Part shown: piece by piece, positions 38,201 to 56,200 of the stretch | How positions within the stretch are numbered: the first letter of the stretch is position 1 | How the letters are laid out: every line of letters starts with the position of its first letter | Translations under genes and position numbers: made by a program | Notes under the pieces: model-generated | Database searches by the model: none | What the model was told of the DNA's origin: nothing | Seen by the model: the letters and a program-made list of their open reading frames with translations, nothing else | DNA from: Eledone cirrhosa | Taxonomy: Eukaryota | Reading direction: 5' to 3' | DNA length: 64,000 bases | Assembly: GCA_964016885.1 (NCBI GenBank) | Contig: OZ024740.1 | Span: 22,630,001-22,694,000 of the forward strand

Positions 38201-41200
38201 TCATAGACGGCACAAAACTGTAGACACAGACTAGTCATAGACGGCACAAAACTGTAGACACAGACTAGTCATAGACGGCACAAATCTGTAGACATAGACT
38301 AGTCATAGACAGTATACACCCCTAGACACAGACTATTCATAGACGGCATACAATTGTAGACACAAACTAGTCCTGAACGGTATACATCGGTAGATACAGA
38401 AAAGTCATAGACGGTATACAACCGTAAGCACATACTAGTCATAGAAGGTATACAACTGTAGACACAGACGAGTCATAGACGGCATACAACTGTCGAGACT
38501 GACTCGTCATAGACGGCATACAACCGTAGACGTAGACAAGTCGTAGACGGCACACACCTGTAGACACAGACTAGTAATAGACGGTATACAACTGTAGACA
38601 CAAACTAGACATAGACGGCATACAACTGTAGACACAAAGTAGTCATATACGGTATACAACGGTAGACACAGACAAGTCATAGATGGTACAGAACTGTAGA
38701 CACAGACTAGTCATAGACGGCATACAACTGTAGACACAAACTAGTCATATACGGTATACAACGGTAGACACAGACAAGTCATAGATAGTACAGAACTGTA
38801 GACACAGACTAGTCATAGACGGCATACAACTGTAGCCATAGACAAGTCATAGACGGTATACAACCGTAGACACAGACTAGTCAAAGACGGTATACAACCG
38901 TAGACACAGACTAGTCATAGACGGTATACAACGGTAGACATAGACAAGTCATAGACGGTATAAAACGGGAGGCACAGACTAGTCATAGACGGTATACAAC
39001 GGTAGACACAGACAAGTCATAGACGGCATACAACGGTAGACACAGACTAATCATAGACCGTTAACAACTGTAGACACAGACTAGTCATAGACGGTATACA
39101 ACCGTAGACAAATACTAGTCATAGACGGTATACAACTGTAGACACAGACTAGTCGAAGACGGTATACAACCCTAGATACAGACTAGTCATAGACGGTATA
39201 CAACCCTAGACACAGACAAGTCATAGACGGTATACAACGGTAGACACAGACTAGTCATAGGCGGTATACGACTGTATACACAGACTAGTCAAAGACGGTA
39301 CAAAAATGTAGACAAAGACTAGTCATAGACGGTATACAACTATAGACACAGACTATTCATAGACGGCATAAAATTGTAGATACAGACTAGTCATAAACGG
39401 TATACAACTGTAGACAGACTAGTTATAGATGGTATACAACCGTAGACACAGACTAGTCATAGACGGTATACAATTGTAGATACAGACAAGTCATAGACGG
39501 CATACAACTTTTGACACAGACTAGTCATAGACGGCATACAAATGTAGACACAGACTAGTCATAGACGGCATACAACCGTAGACATAGACAAGTCATAGAC
39601 GGCATACAACTGTAGACACAGACTAGTCATAGACGGCATACAACTGTAGACACAGACTAGTAATAGACGGCATACAACTGTAGACACTAGTAATAGACGG
39701 CATACAACTGTAGACACAGACTAGTAATAGACGGTATACAACTGTAGACACAGGCTAGTCAAAGACGGTATACAACGGTAGACACACACTAGTCATCGAC
39801 GGTATACAACTGTAGACATAGACTAGTCATTCAAGGTATACAACGGTAGACACAGACTAGTCATAGACGGTATACAATTGTAGACATAGACTAGACATTC
39901 ACGGTATACAACGGTAGACACAGACTAGTCATAGACGGTATACAACTGTAGACACAGACTAGTCAAAGAGGGTATACAACGATAGACACAGACTAGTCAT
40001 ATACGGTATACAACGGTAGACACAGACTAGTCATAGACGGCATACAACCGTAGACACAGACAAGTCATAGAAGGCATAAAACTGTAGACACAGACAAGTC
40101 ATAGACGGCATACAACAGTAGACACAAACAAGTCATAGACGGTATAGAACTGTAGACAAAGACTAGTCATAGACGGCATACAACTGTAGATATAGACAAG
40201 TCATAGACGGTATAGAACCGTAGACACAGACAAGTCATAGACGGTATACAACCGCAGACACAGACTAGTCAAAGACGGTATACAACTTTAGACATAGACT
40301 AGTCAAAGACGGTATACAATCGTAGACACAGACTAGTCATAGACGGTATACAACGGTAGACATAGACAAGTCATAGACGGTATACAACGGATGGCACAGA
40401 CTAGTCATATACGGTATACAACGGTAGACACAGACAAGTCATAGACGGCATACAACCGTAGACACAGACTAATCATAGACCGTTAACAACTGTAGACACA
40501 GACTAGTCATAGATGGTATAAAACCGTAGACACATACTAGTCATAGACGGTATACAACTGTAGACACAGACTAGTCAAAGACGGTATACAACCCTAGTCA
40601 CAGACTAGTCAAAGACAGTATACAACTGTAGACACAGACAAGTCATAGACGGTATACAACTGTAGATACAGACTAGTCATAGACGGCACAAAACTGTAGA
40701 CACAGACTAGTCATAGACGGCATAAAACTGTAGACACAGACTAGTCATAGACGGCATACAACCGTAGACACAGACTAGTCATAGACGGTATACACCCCTA
40801 GACACAGACTATTCATAGACGGCATACAATTGTAGAGACAAACTAGTCCTGGACGGTATACATCGGTAGACACAGAAAAGTCATAGACGGTATACAACCG
40901 TAAGCACATACTAGTCATAGACGGTATACAACTGTAGACACAGACGAGTCATAGACGGCATACAACTGTCGAGACTGACTCGTCATAGACGGCATACAAC
41001 CGTAGACGTAGATAAGTCGTAGACGGCACACACCTGTAGACACAGACTAGTAATAGACGGTATACAACTGTAGACACAAACTAGTCATAGACGGCATACA
41101 ACTGTAGACACAAACTAGTCATATACGGTATACAACGGTAGACACAGACAAGTCATAGATGGTACAGAACTGTAGACACAGACTAGTCATAGACGGCATA

Positions 41201-44200
41201 CAACTGTAGACACAAACTAGTCATATACGGTATACAACGGTAGACACAGAAAAGTCATAGATGGTACAGAACTGTAGACACAGACTAGTCATAGACGGCA
41301 TACAACTGTAGCCATAGACAAGTCATAGACGGTATACAACGGTAGACATAGACAAGTCATAGACGGTATACAACGGTAGACACAGACTAATCATAGACCG
41401 TTAACAACTGTAGACACAGACTAGTCAAAGACGGTATACAACCCTAGATACAGACTAGTCATAGACGGTATACAACCCTAGACACAGACAAGACATAGAC
41501 GGTATACAACGGTAGACACAGACTAGTCATAGGCGGTATACAAGTGTATACACAGACTAGTCAAAGACGGTACAAAAATGTAGACAAAGACTAGTTATAG
41601 ACGGTATACAACTATAGACACAGACTAGTCATAGACGGCATACAACTGTAGATACAGACTAGTCATAAATGGTATACAACGGTAGACACAGACAAGTCAT
41701 AGACGGCATACAACCGTAGACACAGACTAATCATAGACCGTTAACAACTGTAGACACAGACTAGTCATAGATGGTATAAAACCGTAGACACATACTAGTC
41801 ATAGACGGTATACAACTGTAGACACCGACTAGTCAAAGACGGTATACAACCCTAGTCACAGACTAGTCAAAGACCGTATACAACTGTAGACACAGACAAG
41901 TCATAGACGGTATACAACTGTAGATACAGACTAGTCATAGACGGCACAAAACTGTAGACACAGACTAGTCATAGACGGCACAAAACTGTAGACACAGACT
42001 AGTCATAGACGGCATACAACCGTAGACACAGACTAGTCAAAGACGGTATACACCCCTAGACACAGACTATTCATAGACGGCATACAATTGTAGAGACAAA
42101 CTAGTCCTGGACGGTATACATCGGTAGACACAGAAAAGTCATAGACGGTATACAACCGTAAGCACATACTAGTCATAGACGGTATACAACTGTAGACACA
42201 GACGAGTCATAGACGGCATACAACTGTCGAGACTGACTCGTCATAGACGGCATACAACCGTAGACGTAGATAAGTCGTAGACGGCACACACCTGTAGACA
42301 CAGACTAGTAATAGACGGTATACAACTGTAGACACAAACTAGTCATAGACGGCATACAACTGTAGACACAAACTAGTCATATACGGTATACAACGGTAGA
42401 CACAGACAAGTCATAGATGGTACAGAACTGTAGACAGAGACTAGTCATAGACGGCATACAACTGTAGACACAAACTAGTCATATACGGTATACAACGGTA
42501 GACACAGACAAGTCATAGATGGTACAGAACTGTAGACACAGACTAGTCATAGACGGCATACAACTGTAGCCATACACAAGTCATAGACGGTATACAACGG
42601 TAGACATAGACAAGTCATAGACGGTATACAACGGCAGGCACAGACTAGTCATAGACGGTATACAACGGTAGACACAGACAAATCATAGACGGCATACAAC
42701 GGTAGACACAGACTAATCATAGACCGTTAACAACTGTAGACACAGACTAGTCAAAGACGGTATACAACCCTAGATACAGACTAGTCATAGACAGTATACA
42801 ACCCTAGACACAGACAAGTCATAGACGGTATACAACGGTAGACACAGACTAGTCATAGGCGGTATACAACTGTATACACAGACTAGTCAAAGACGGTACA
42901 AAAATGTAGACAAAGACTAGTTATAGACGGTATACAACTATAGACACAGACTAGTCATAGACGGCATACAACTGTAGATACAGACTAGTCATAAATGGTA
43001 TACAACTCTAGACAGACTAGTTATAGATGGTATACAACCGTAGACACAGACTAGTCATAGACGGTATACAATTGTAGATACAGACAAGTCATAGACGGCA
43101 TACAACTGTCGACACAGACTAGTCATAGACGGCATACAACTGTAGACACAGACTAGTCATAGACGGCATACAACCGTAGACATAGACAAGTCATAGACGG
43201 CATACAACTGTAGACACAGACTAGTCATACACCGCTAACAACTGTAGACACAGACTAGTCAAAGACGGTATACAACCCTAGACACAGACTAGTCATATAC
43301 GGTATACAACGGTAGACACAGACTAGTCATAGACGGCATACAACCGTAGACACAGACAAGTCATAGACGGCATAAAACTGTAGACACAGACAAGTCATAG
43401 ACGGCATACAACAGTAGACACAGACAAGTCATAGACGGTATAGAACTGTAGACAAAGACTAGTCATAGACGGCATACAACGGTAGACACAGACTAATCAT
43501 AGACCGTTAACAACTGTAGACACAGACTAGTCAAAGACGGTATACAACCCTAGATACAGACTAGTCATAGACAGTGTACAACCCTAGACACAGACAAGTC
43601 ATAGACGGTATACAACGGTAGACACAGACTAGTCATAGGCGGTATACAACTGTATACACAGACTAGTCAAAGACGGTATACAACCCTAGACACAGACTAG
43701 TCATATACGGTATACAACGGTAGACACAGACTAGTCATAGACGGCATACAACCGTAGACACAGACAAGTCATAGACGGCATAAAACTGTAGACACAGACA
43801 AGTCATAGACGGCATACAACAGTAGACACAGACAAGTCATAGACGGTATAGAACTGTAGACAAAGACTAGTCATAGACGGCATACAACGGTAGACACAGA
43901 CTAATCATAGACCGTTAACAACTGTAGACACAGACTAGTCAAAGACGGTATACAACCCTAGATACAGACTAGTCATAGACAGTATACAACCCTAGACACA
44001 GACAAGTCATAGACGGTATACAACGGTAGACACAGACTAGTCATAGGCGGTATACAACTGTATACACAGACTAGTCAAAGACGGTACAAAAATGTAGACA
44101 AAGACTAGTTATAGACGGTATACAACGCTAGACACACACTAGTCATAGACGGCATACAACGGTAGACACAGACTAGTCATAAACGGTATACAACTGTAGA

Positions 44201-47200
44201 CAGACTAGTTATAGATGGTATACAACCGTAGACACAGACTAGTCAAAGACGGTATACAACCCTAGACACAGACTAGTCATATACGGTATACAACCGCAGA
44301 CACAGACTAGTCAAAGACGGTATACAACCGCAGACACAGACTAGTCAAAGACGGTATACAATCGTAGACACAGACTAGTCATAGATGGTATACAACGGTA
44401 GACATACACAAGTCATAGACGGTATACAACGGGAGGCACAGACTAGTCATATACGGTATACAACGGAAGACACAGACAAGTCATAGACGGCATACAACCG
44501 TAGACACAGACTAATCATAGACCGTTAACAACCGTAGACGCAGACTAGTCATAGATGGTATAAAACCGTAGACACATACTAGTCATAGACGGTATACAAC
44601 TGTAGACACAGACTAGTCAAAGACGGTATACAACTGTAGACACAGACTAGTCATAGACGGCATACAACGATAGACACAGACTAGTCATAGACAGTATACA
44701 ACTGTAGACACAGACTAGTCATAGACGGCATACAACTGTAGACATAGACTAGTCAAAACGGTATACAACTGTAGACATAGACTAGTCATATAGATGGTAT
44801 ACAACTGTAGACACAGACTAGTCATAGACGGTATACAACTGTAGATACAGACTAGTCATAGACGGCACAAAACTGTAGACACAGACTAGTCATAGACGGC
44901 ACAAAACTGTAGACACAGACTAGTCATAGACGGCACAAATCTGTAGACATAGACTAGTCATAGACAGTATACACCCCTAGACACAGACTATTCATAGACG
45001 GCATACAATTGTAGACACAAACTAGTCCTGAACGGTATACATCGGTAGATACAGAAAAGTCATAGACGGTATACAACCGTAAGCACATACTAGTCATAGA
45101 AGGTATACAACTGTAGACACAGACGAGTCATAGACGGCATACAACTGTCGAGACTGACTCGTCATAGACGGCATACAACCGTAGACGTAGACAAGTCGTA
45201 GACGGCACACACCTGTAGACACAGACTAGTAATAGACGGTATACAACTGTAGACACAAACTAGACATAGACGGCATACAACTGTAGACACAAAGTAGTCA
45301 TATACGGTATACAACGGTAGACACAGACAAGTCATAGATGGTACAGAACTGTAGACACAGACTAGTCATAGACGGCATACAACTGTAGACACAAACTAGT
45401 CATATACGGTATACAACGGTAGACACAGACAAGTCATAGATAGTACAGAACTGTAGACACAGACTAGTCATAGACGGCATACAACTGTAGCCATAGACAA
45501 GTCATAGACGGTATACAACCGTAGACACAGACTAGTCAAAGACGGTATACAACCGTAGACACAGACTAGTCATAGACGGTATACAACGGTAGACATAGAC
45601 AAGTCATAGACGGTATAAAACGGGAGGCACAGACTAGTCATAGACGGTATACAACGGTAGACACAGACAAGTCATAGACGGCATACAACGGTAGACACAG
45701 ACTAATCATAGACCGTTAACAACTGTAGACACAGACTAGTCATAGACGGTATACAACCGTAGACAAATACTAGTCATAGACGGTATACAACTGTAGACAC
45801 AGACTAGTCGAAGACGGTATACAACCCTAGATACAGACTAGTCATAGACGGTATACAACCCTAGACACAGACAAGTCATAGACGGTATACAACGGTAGAC
45901 ACAGACTAGTCATAGGCGGTATACGACTGTATACACAGACTAGTCAAAGACGGTACAAAAATGTAGACAAAGACTAGTCATAGACGGTATACAACTATAG
46001 ACACAGACTATTCATAGACGGCATAAAATTGTAGATACAGACTAGTCATAAACGGTATACAACTGTAGACAGACTAGTTATAGATGGTATACAACCGTAG
46101 ACACAGACTAGTCATAGACGGTATACAATTGTAGATACAGACAAGTCATAGACGGCATACAACTTTTGACACAGACTAGTCATAGACGGCATACAAATGT
46201 AGACACAGACTAGTCATAGACGGCATACAACCGTAGACATAGACAAGTCATAGACGGCATACAACTGTAGACACAGACTAGTCATAGACGGCATACAACT
46301 GTAGACACAGACTAGTAATAGACGGCATACAACTGTAGACACTAGTAATAGACGGCATACAACTGTAGACACAGACTAGTAATAGACGGTATACAACTGT
46401 AGACACAGGCTAGTCAAAGACGGTATACAACGGTAGACACACACTAGTCATCGACGGTATACAACTGTAGACATAGACTAGTCATTCAAGGTATACAACG
46501 GTAGACACAGACTAGTCATAGACGGTATACAATTGTAGACATAGACTAGACATTCACGGTATACAACGGTAGACACAGACTAGTCATAGACGGTATACAA
46601 CTGTAGACACAGACTAGTCAAAGAGGGTATACAACGATAGACACAGACTAGTCATATACGGTATACAACGGTAGACACAGACTAGTCATAGACGGCATAC
46701 AACCGTAGACACAGACAAGTCATAGAAGGCATAAAACTGTAGACACAGACAAGTCATAGACGGCATACAACAGTAGACACAAACAAGTCATAGACGGTAT
46801 AGAACTGTAGACAAAGACTAGTCATAGACGGCATACAACTGTAGATATAGACAAGTCATAGACGGTATAGAACCGTAGACACAGACAAGTCATAGACGGT
46901 ATACAACCGCAGACACAGACTAGTCAAAGACGGTATACAACTTTAGACATAGACTAGTCAAAGACGGTATACAATCGTAGACACAGACTAGTCATAGACG
47001 GTATACAACGGTAGACATAGACAAGTCATAGACGGTATACAACGGATGGCACAGACTAGTCATATACGGTATACAACGGTAGACACAGACAAGTCATAGA
47101 CGGCATACAACCGTAGACACAGACTAATCATAGACCGTTAACAACTGTAGACACAGACTAGTCATAGATGGTATAAAACCGTAGACACATACTAGTCATA

Positions 47201-50200
47201 GACGGTATACAACTGTAGACACAGACTAGTCAAAGACGGTATACAACCCTAGTCACAGACTAGTCAAAGACAGTATACAACTGTAGACACAGACAAGTCA
47301 TAGACGGTATACAACTGTAGATACAGACTAGTCATAGACGGCACAAAACTGTAGACACAGACTAGTCATAGACGGCATAAAACTGTAGACACAGACTAGT
47401 CATAGACGGCATACAACCGTAGACACAGACTAGTCATAGACGGTATACACCCCTAGACACAGACTATTCATAGACGGCATACAATTGTAGAGACAAACTA
47501 GTCCTGGACGGTATACATCGGTAGACACAGAAAAGTCATAGACGGTATACAACCGTAAGCACATACTAGTCATAGACGGTATACAACTGTAGACACAGAC
47601 GAGTCATAGACGGCATACAACTGTCGAGACTGACTCGTCATAGACGGCATACAACCGTAGACGTAGATAAGTCGTAGACGGCACACACCTGTAGACACAG
47701 ACTAGTAATAGACGGTATACAACTGTAGACACAAACTAGTCATAGACGGCATACAACTGTAGACACAAACTAGTCATATACGGTATACAACGGTAGACAC
47801 AGACAAGTCATAGATGGTACAGAACTGTAGACACAGACTAGTCATAGACGGCATACAACTGTAGACACAAACTAGTCATATACGGTATACAACGGTAGAC
47901 ACAGAAAAGTCATAGATGGTACAGAACTGTAGACACAGACTAGTCATAGACGGCATACAACTGTAGCCATAGACAAGTCATAGACGGTATACAACGGTAG
48001 ACATAGACAAGTCATAGACGGTATACAACGGTAGACACAGACTAATCATAGACCGTTAACAACTGTAGACACAGACTAGTCAAAGACGGTATACAACCCT
48101 AGATACAGACTAGTCATAGACGGTATACAACCCTAGACACAGACAAGACATAGACGGTATACAACGGTAGACACAGACTAGTCATAGGCGGTATACAAGT
48201 GTATACACAGACTAGTCAAAGACGGTACAAAAATGTAGACAAAGACTAGTTATAGACGGTATACAACTATAGACACAGACTAGTCATAGACGGCATACAA
48301 CTGTAGATACAGACTAGTCATAAATGGTATACAACGGTAGACACAGACAAGTCATAGACGGCATACAACCGTAGACACAGACTAATCATAGACCGTTAAC
48401 AACTGTAGACACAGACTAGTCATAGATGGTATAAAACCGTAGACACATACTAGTCATAGACGGTATACAACTGTAGACACCGACTAGTCAAAGACGGTAT
48501 ACAACCCTAGTCACAGACTAGTCAAAGACCGTATACAACTGTAGACACAGACAAGTCATAGACGGTATACAACTGTAGATACAGACTAGTCATAGACGGC
48601 ACAAAACTGTAGACACAGACTAGTCATAGACGGCACAAAACTGTAGACACAGACTAGTCATAGACGGCATACAACCGTAGACACAGACTAGTCAAAGACG
48701 GTATACACCCCTAGACACAGACTATTCATAGACGGCATACAATTGTAGAGACAAACTAGTCCTGGACGGTATACATCGGTAGACACAGAAAAGTCATAGA
48801 CGGTATACAACCGTAAGCACATACTAGTCATAGACGGTATACAACTGTAGACACAGACGAGTCATAGACGGCATACAACTGTCGAGACTGACTCGTCATA
48901 GACGGCATACAACCGTAGACGTAGATAAGTCGTAGACGGCACACACCTGTAGACACAGACTAGTAATAGACGGTATACAACTGTAGACACAAACTAGTCA
49001 TAGACGGCATACAACTGTAGACACAAACTAGTCATATACGGTATACAACGGTAGACACAGACAAGTCATAGATGGTACAGAACTGTAGACAGAGACTAGT
49101 CATAGACGGCATACAACTGTAGACACAAACTAGTCATATACGGTATACAACGGTAGACACAGACAAGTCATAGATGGTACAGAACTGTAGACACAGACTA
49201 GTCATAGACGGCATACAACTGTAGCCATACACAAGTCATAGACGGTATACAACGGTAGACATAGACAAGTCATAGACGGTATACAACGGCAGGCACAGAC
49301 TAGTCATAGACGGTATACAACGGTAGACACAGACAAATCATAGACGGCATACAACGGTAGACACAGACTAATCATAGACCGTTAACAACTGTAGACACAG
49401 ACTAGTCAAAGACGGTATACAACCCTAGATACAGACTAGTCATAGACAGTATACAACCCTAGACACAGACAAGTCATAGACGGTATACAACGGTAGACAC
49501 AGACTAGTCATAGGCGGTATACAACTGTATACACAGACTAGTCAAAGACGGTACAAAAATGTAGACAAAGACTAGTTATAGACGGTATACAACTATAGAC
49601 ACAGACTAGTCATAGACGGCATACAACTGTAGATACAGACTAGTCATAAATGGTATACAACTCTAGACAGACTAGTTATAGATGGTATACAACCGTAGAC
49701 ACAGACTAGTCATAGACGGTATACAATTGTAGATACAGACAAGTCATAGACGGCATACAACTGTCGACACAGACTAGTCATAGACGGCATACAACTGTAG
49801 ACACAGACTAGTCATAGACGGCATACAACCGTAGACATAGACAAGTCATAGACGGCATACAACTGTAGACACAGACTAGTCATACACCGCTAACAACTGT
49901 AGACACAGACTAGTCAAAGACGGTATACAACCCTAGACACAGACTAGTCATATACGGTATACAACGGTAGACACAGACTAGTCATAGACGGCATACAACC
50001 GTAGACACAGACAAGTCATAGACGGCATAAAACTGTAGACACAGACAAGTCATAGACGGCATACAACAGTAGACACAGACAAGTCATAGACGGTATAGAA
50101 CTGTAGACAAAGACTAGTCATAGACGGCATACAACTGTAGATATAGACAAGTCATAGACGGTATAGAACCGTAGACACAGACAAGTCATAGACGGTATAC

Positions 50201-53200
50201 AACCGCAGACACAGACTAGTCAAAGACGGTATACAACTGTAGACATAGACTAGTCAAAGACGGTATACAATCGTAGACACAGACTAGTCATAGACGGTAT
50301 ACAACGGTAGACATAGACAAGTCATAGACGGTATACAACGGGAGGCACAGACTAGTCATATACGGTATACAACGGTAGACACAGACAAGTCATAGACGGC
50401 ATACAACCGTAGACACAGACTAATCATAGACCGTTAACAACTGTAGACACAGACAAGTCATAGACGGTATAGAACCGTAGACACAGACAAGTCATAGACG
50501 GTATACAACCGCAGACACAGACTAGTCAAAGACGGTATACAACTGTAGACATAGACTAGTCAAAGACGGTATACAATCGTAGACACAGACTAGTCATAGA
50601 CGATATACAACGGTAGACATAGACAAGTCATAGACGGTATACAACGGGAGGCACAGACTAGTCATATACGGTATACAACTGTAGACACAGACTAGTCAAA
50701 GACGGTATACAAACCTAGTCACAGACTATTCAAAGACCGTATACAACTGTAGACACAGACAAGTCATAGACGGTATACAACTGTAGATACAGACTAGTCA
50801 TAGACGGCACAAAACTGTAGACACAGACTAGTCATACACGGCACAAAACTGTAGACACAGACTAGTCATAGACGGCATACAACCGTAGACACAGACTAGT
50901 CATAGACGGTATACACCCCTAGACAGACTATTCATAGACGGCATACAATTGTAGAGACAAACTAGTCCTGGACGGTATACATCGGTAGATACAGAAAAGT
51001 CATAGACGGTATACAACCGTAAGCACATACTAGTCATAGACTGTATACAACTGTAGAGACAGACGAGTCATAGACGGCATACAACTGTCGAGACTGACTC
51101 GTCATAGACGGCATACAACCGTAGACGTAGATAAGTCGTAGACGGCACACACCTGTAGACACAGACTAGTAATAGACGGTATACAACGGTAGACACAGAC
51201 AAGTCATAGATGGTACAGAACTGTAGACACAGACTAGTCATAGACGGCATACAACTGTAGCCATAGACAAGTCATAGACGGTATACAACCGTAGATACAG
51301 ACTAGTCAAAGACGGTATACAACCGTAGACACAGACTTGTCATAGACGGTATACAACGGTAGACATAGACAAGTCATAGACGGTATACAACGGGAGGCAC
51401 AGACTAGTCATAGACGGTATACAACGGTAGACACAGACAAGTCATAGACGGCATACAACGGTAGACACAGACTAATCATAGACCGTTAACAACTGTAGAC
51501 ACAGACTAGTCATAGACGGTATACAACCGTAGACAAATACTAGTCATAGACGGTATACCACTGTAGACACAGACTAGTCAAAGACGGTATACAACCCTAG
51601 ATACAGACAAGTCATAGACGGTATACAACCCTACACACAGACAAGTCATAGACGGTATACAACGGTAGACACAGACTAGTCATATGCGGTATACAACTGT
51701 ATACACAGACTAGTCAAAGACGGTACAAAAATGTAGACAAAGACTAGTCATAGACGGTATACAACTATAGACACAGACTAGTCATAGACGGCATACAACT
51801 ATAGACACAGACTATTCATAGACGGCATACAACTGTAGATACAGACTAGTCATAAACGGTATACAACTCTAGACAGACTAGTTATAGATGGTATACAACC
51901 GTAGACAGAGACTAGTCATAGACGGTATACAATTGTAGATACAGACAAGTCATAGACGGCATACAACTGTCGACACAGACTAGTCATAGACGGTATACAA
52001 CGGTAGACACACGCTAGTCATCGACGGTATACAACTGTAGACACTGACTAGTCAAAGACGGTATACAACCCTAGACACAGACTAGTCATATACGGTATAC
52101 AACGGTAGACACAGACTAGTCATAGACGGCATACAACTATAGACACAAACTATTCATAGACGGCATACAACCGTAGACACAGACAAGTCATAGACGGCAT
52201 AAAACTTTAGACACAGACAAGTCATCGACGGCATACAACAGTAGACACAGACAAGTCATAGACGGTATAGAACTGTAGACAAAGACTAGTCATAGACGGC
52301 ATACAACTGTAGATATAGACAAGTCATAGGCGGTATAGAACCGTAGACACAGACAAGTCATAGACGGTATACAACCGCAGACACAGACTAGTCAAAGACG
52401 GTATACAACTGTAGACATAGACTAGTCATAGACGGCATACAATCGTAGACATAGACAAGTCATAGACGGTATACAACGGGAGGTACAGACTAGTCATAGA
52501 CGGTATACAAATGTAGACACAGACAAGTCATAGCCAGTATACAAATGTAGACACAGACAAGTCATAGACGGTATACAACTGTAGACACAGACTAGGCATA
52601 GACGACATACAACTGTAGACATAGACAAGTCATAGACGCCATACAACTGTATACATAGACAAGTCATAGACGGCATACAACTGTAGACATAGACAAGTCA
52701 TAGACGGTATACAACTGTAGACACAGACTAGGTATAGACGACATACAACTGTAAACTTAGACAAGTCATAGACGACATACAACTGTAGACACAGACTAGT
52801 CATAGACGGTATACAACTGTAGACACAGACTAGGCATAGACGACATACAACTGTAGACACAGACTAGTCATAGACGGTATACAACTGTAGACACAGACAA
52901 GTCATAGACGCTATACAACCGTAAGCACATACTAGTCATAGACGGTATACAACTGTAGACACAGACAAGTCGTAGACGGCACACACCTGTAGACACAGAC
53001 TAGTCATAGACGGTATACAACTGTAGACACAGACTAGTCATAGACGGTATACAACGGTAGACACAAACTAGTCATAGACGGTATACAACTGTAGACACAA
53101 ACTAGTCATATACGGTATACAACGGTAGACACAGACTAGTCATAGATGGTACAGAACTGTAGACCCAGACTAGTCCTGGACGGCATACAACTGTAGCCAT

Positions 53201-56200
53201 AGACAAGTCATAGACGGTATACAACCGTAGACACAGACTAGTGAAAGACGGTATACAACCGTAGACACAGACTAGTCATAGACGGTATACAACGGTAGAC
53301 ACAAACTAGTCATAGACGGCATTCAACTGCAGACACAGACTACTCAAAGACGGTATACAACTGTAGACACAGACAAGTCATAGACGGCATACAACGATAG
53401 ACACAGACCAGTCATAGACGGTATACAACGGTATACACAGACAAGTCATAGACGGTATACAACGGTAGACACAGACTAGTCATAGACAGTATACAACTGT
53501 AGACACAGACTAGTCATAGACGGCATACAACTGTAGACACAGACTAGTAATAGACGGTATACAACGGTAAACACAGACTAGTCATAGACAGTATACAACT
53601 GTAGACACAGACTAGTCATAGACGGCATACAACTGTAGACACAGACTAGTAATAGACGGTATACAACGGTAGACACAGACTAGTCATAGACGGCATACAA
53701 CCGTAGACATAGACAAGTCATAGACGGCATACAATGTAGACACAGACTAGTAATAGACGGTATACAACGGTAGACACAGACTGGTCATAGACGGTATACA
53801 ACTGTAGACATAGACTAGTCATAGACGGTATACAACTGTAGACCAAGACTAGTCATATACGGTATACAACTGTAGACACAGACAAGTCATAGACGGTATA
53901 CATCGGTAGATATAGACAAGTCATAGACGGCATACAACTGTAGACATAGACTAGTCATTGACGGTATACAACGGTAGACACAGACTAGTCATAGACGGTA
54001 TACAACTGTAGACATAGACTAGTCATAGATGGTATACAACTGTAGACACAGACTAGTCATATACGGTATACAACTGTAGAAACAGACAAGTCATAGACGG
54101 TATACAACGGTAGACATAGACAAGTGATAGACTGTATACAATGGTAGACACAGACTAGTCATAGACGGTATACAACGGTAGACACTGACAAGTCATAGAC
54201 GGCATACAACTGTAGACACAGACTAGTCAAAGACGGTATACAACTGTAGACACAGACTAGTCATAGACGGTATACAACGGTAGACACAGCCTAGTCATAG
54301 ATGGTATACAACTGTAGACACAGACTAGTCATAGACGGCATACAACGGTCGACACAGACTAGTCATAGACGGTATACAACTGTAGACACTGACTAGTCAT
54401 AGACGGCATACAATGGTCGACACAGACTAGTCATAGACGGCATACGTCTGTAGACACAGACTAGTCATAGACGGCATAAAACTGTAGACACAGACTACTC
54501 ATAGACGGCATACAAATGTAGTCACAGACAAGTCATAGACGGTATAGAACTGTAGACAAAGACTAGTCATATATGGCATTCAACTGTAGACACAGACTAG
54601 TCAAAGACGGTATACAACCGTAGACACAGACTAGTCATAGACGGCATACAACTGTAGACATAGACAAGTCATAGACGCTATAAACCCTAGACACAGACTA
54701 GTCATAGACGGTATACAACCGTAGACACAGACTAGTCAAAGACGGTATACAACAGAAGACATAGACAAGTCATAGACGGTTTACAACCGTAGACATAGAC
54801 TAGTCATAGACGGCATACAACTGTAGACACAAACTAGTCATAGACGATATACAACGGTAGACACAGACAAGTCATAGACGGCACACAACTGTAGACACAG
54901 ACAAGTCATAGACGGTATACAACCGTAGACAGAGACTAGTCATATACGGTATATAACCGTAGCCACAGACTAGTCATAGGTGGTATAAAACCCTAGACAC
55001 ATACTAGTCATAGAAGGTATACAACCCTAGACATAGACTAGTCATAGACGGTATACAACCCTAGACACAGGCTAGTCATAGACGGTATACAACCGTAAAC
55101 ACAAACTAGTCATAGACGGTATACAATGCTAGACACAAACTAGTCATAGACGGTATACAACGGAAGACACAGACTAGTCATAGACGGTATACAACCCTAG
55201 ACACAGACTAGTCATAGACGGTATACAACCGTAGATACAGACTAGTCATAGACGGTATACAAGCCTAGACACAGACTAGTCATAGACGGTATACAACCCG
55301 AGACACAGACTAGTCATAGACGGTATACAACCCTAGACACAGACTAGTCATAGACGGTATACAACGGCAGACACAGACAAGTCATAGACTGTATACAACG
55401 GTAGACACAGACTAGTAATAGACGGTATACAACGGTAAACACAGACTAGTCATAGACAGTATACAACTGTAGACACAGACTAGTCATAGACGGCATACAA
55501 CTGTAGACACAGACTAGTAATAGACGGTATACAACGGTAGACACAGACTAGTCATAGACGGCATACAACCGTAGACATAGACAAGTCATAGACGGCATAC
55601 AATGTAGACACAGACTAGTAATAGACGGTATACAACGGTAGACACAGACTGGTCATAGACGGTATACAACTGTAGACATAGACTAGTCATAGACGGTATA
55701 CAACTGTAGACCAAGACTAGTCATATACGGTATACAACTGTAGACACAGACAAGTCATAGACGGTATACATCGGTAGATATAGACAAGTCATAGACAGCA
55801 TACAACTGTAGACATAGACTAGTCATTGACGGTATACAACGGTAGACACAGACTAGTCATAGACGGTATACAACTGTAGACATAGACTAGTCATAGATGG
55901 TATACAACTGTAGACACAGACTAGTCATATACGGTATACAACTGTAGAAATAGACAAGTCATAGACGGTATACAACGGTAGACATAGACAAGTGATAGAC
56001 TGTATACAATGGTAGACACAGACTAGTCATAGACGGTATACAACGGTAGACACTGACAAGTCATAGACGGCATACAACTGTAGACACAGACTAGTCAAAG
56101 ACGGTATACAACTGTAGACACAGACTAGTCATAGACGGTATACAACGGTAGACACAGCCTAGTCATAGATGGTATACAACTGTAGACACAGACTAGTCAT

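Noticed and set aside
36570-52860. Short Cys-rich minus-strand ORFs inside the satellite
   Set aside because: The 34-bp period is not a multiple of 3 and stops recur throughout; these are chance openings.
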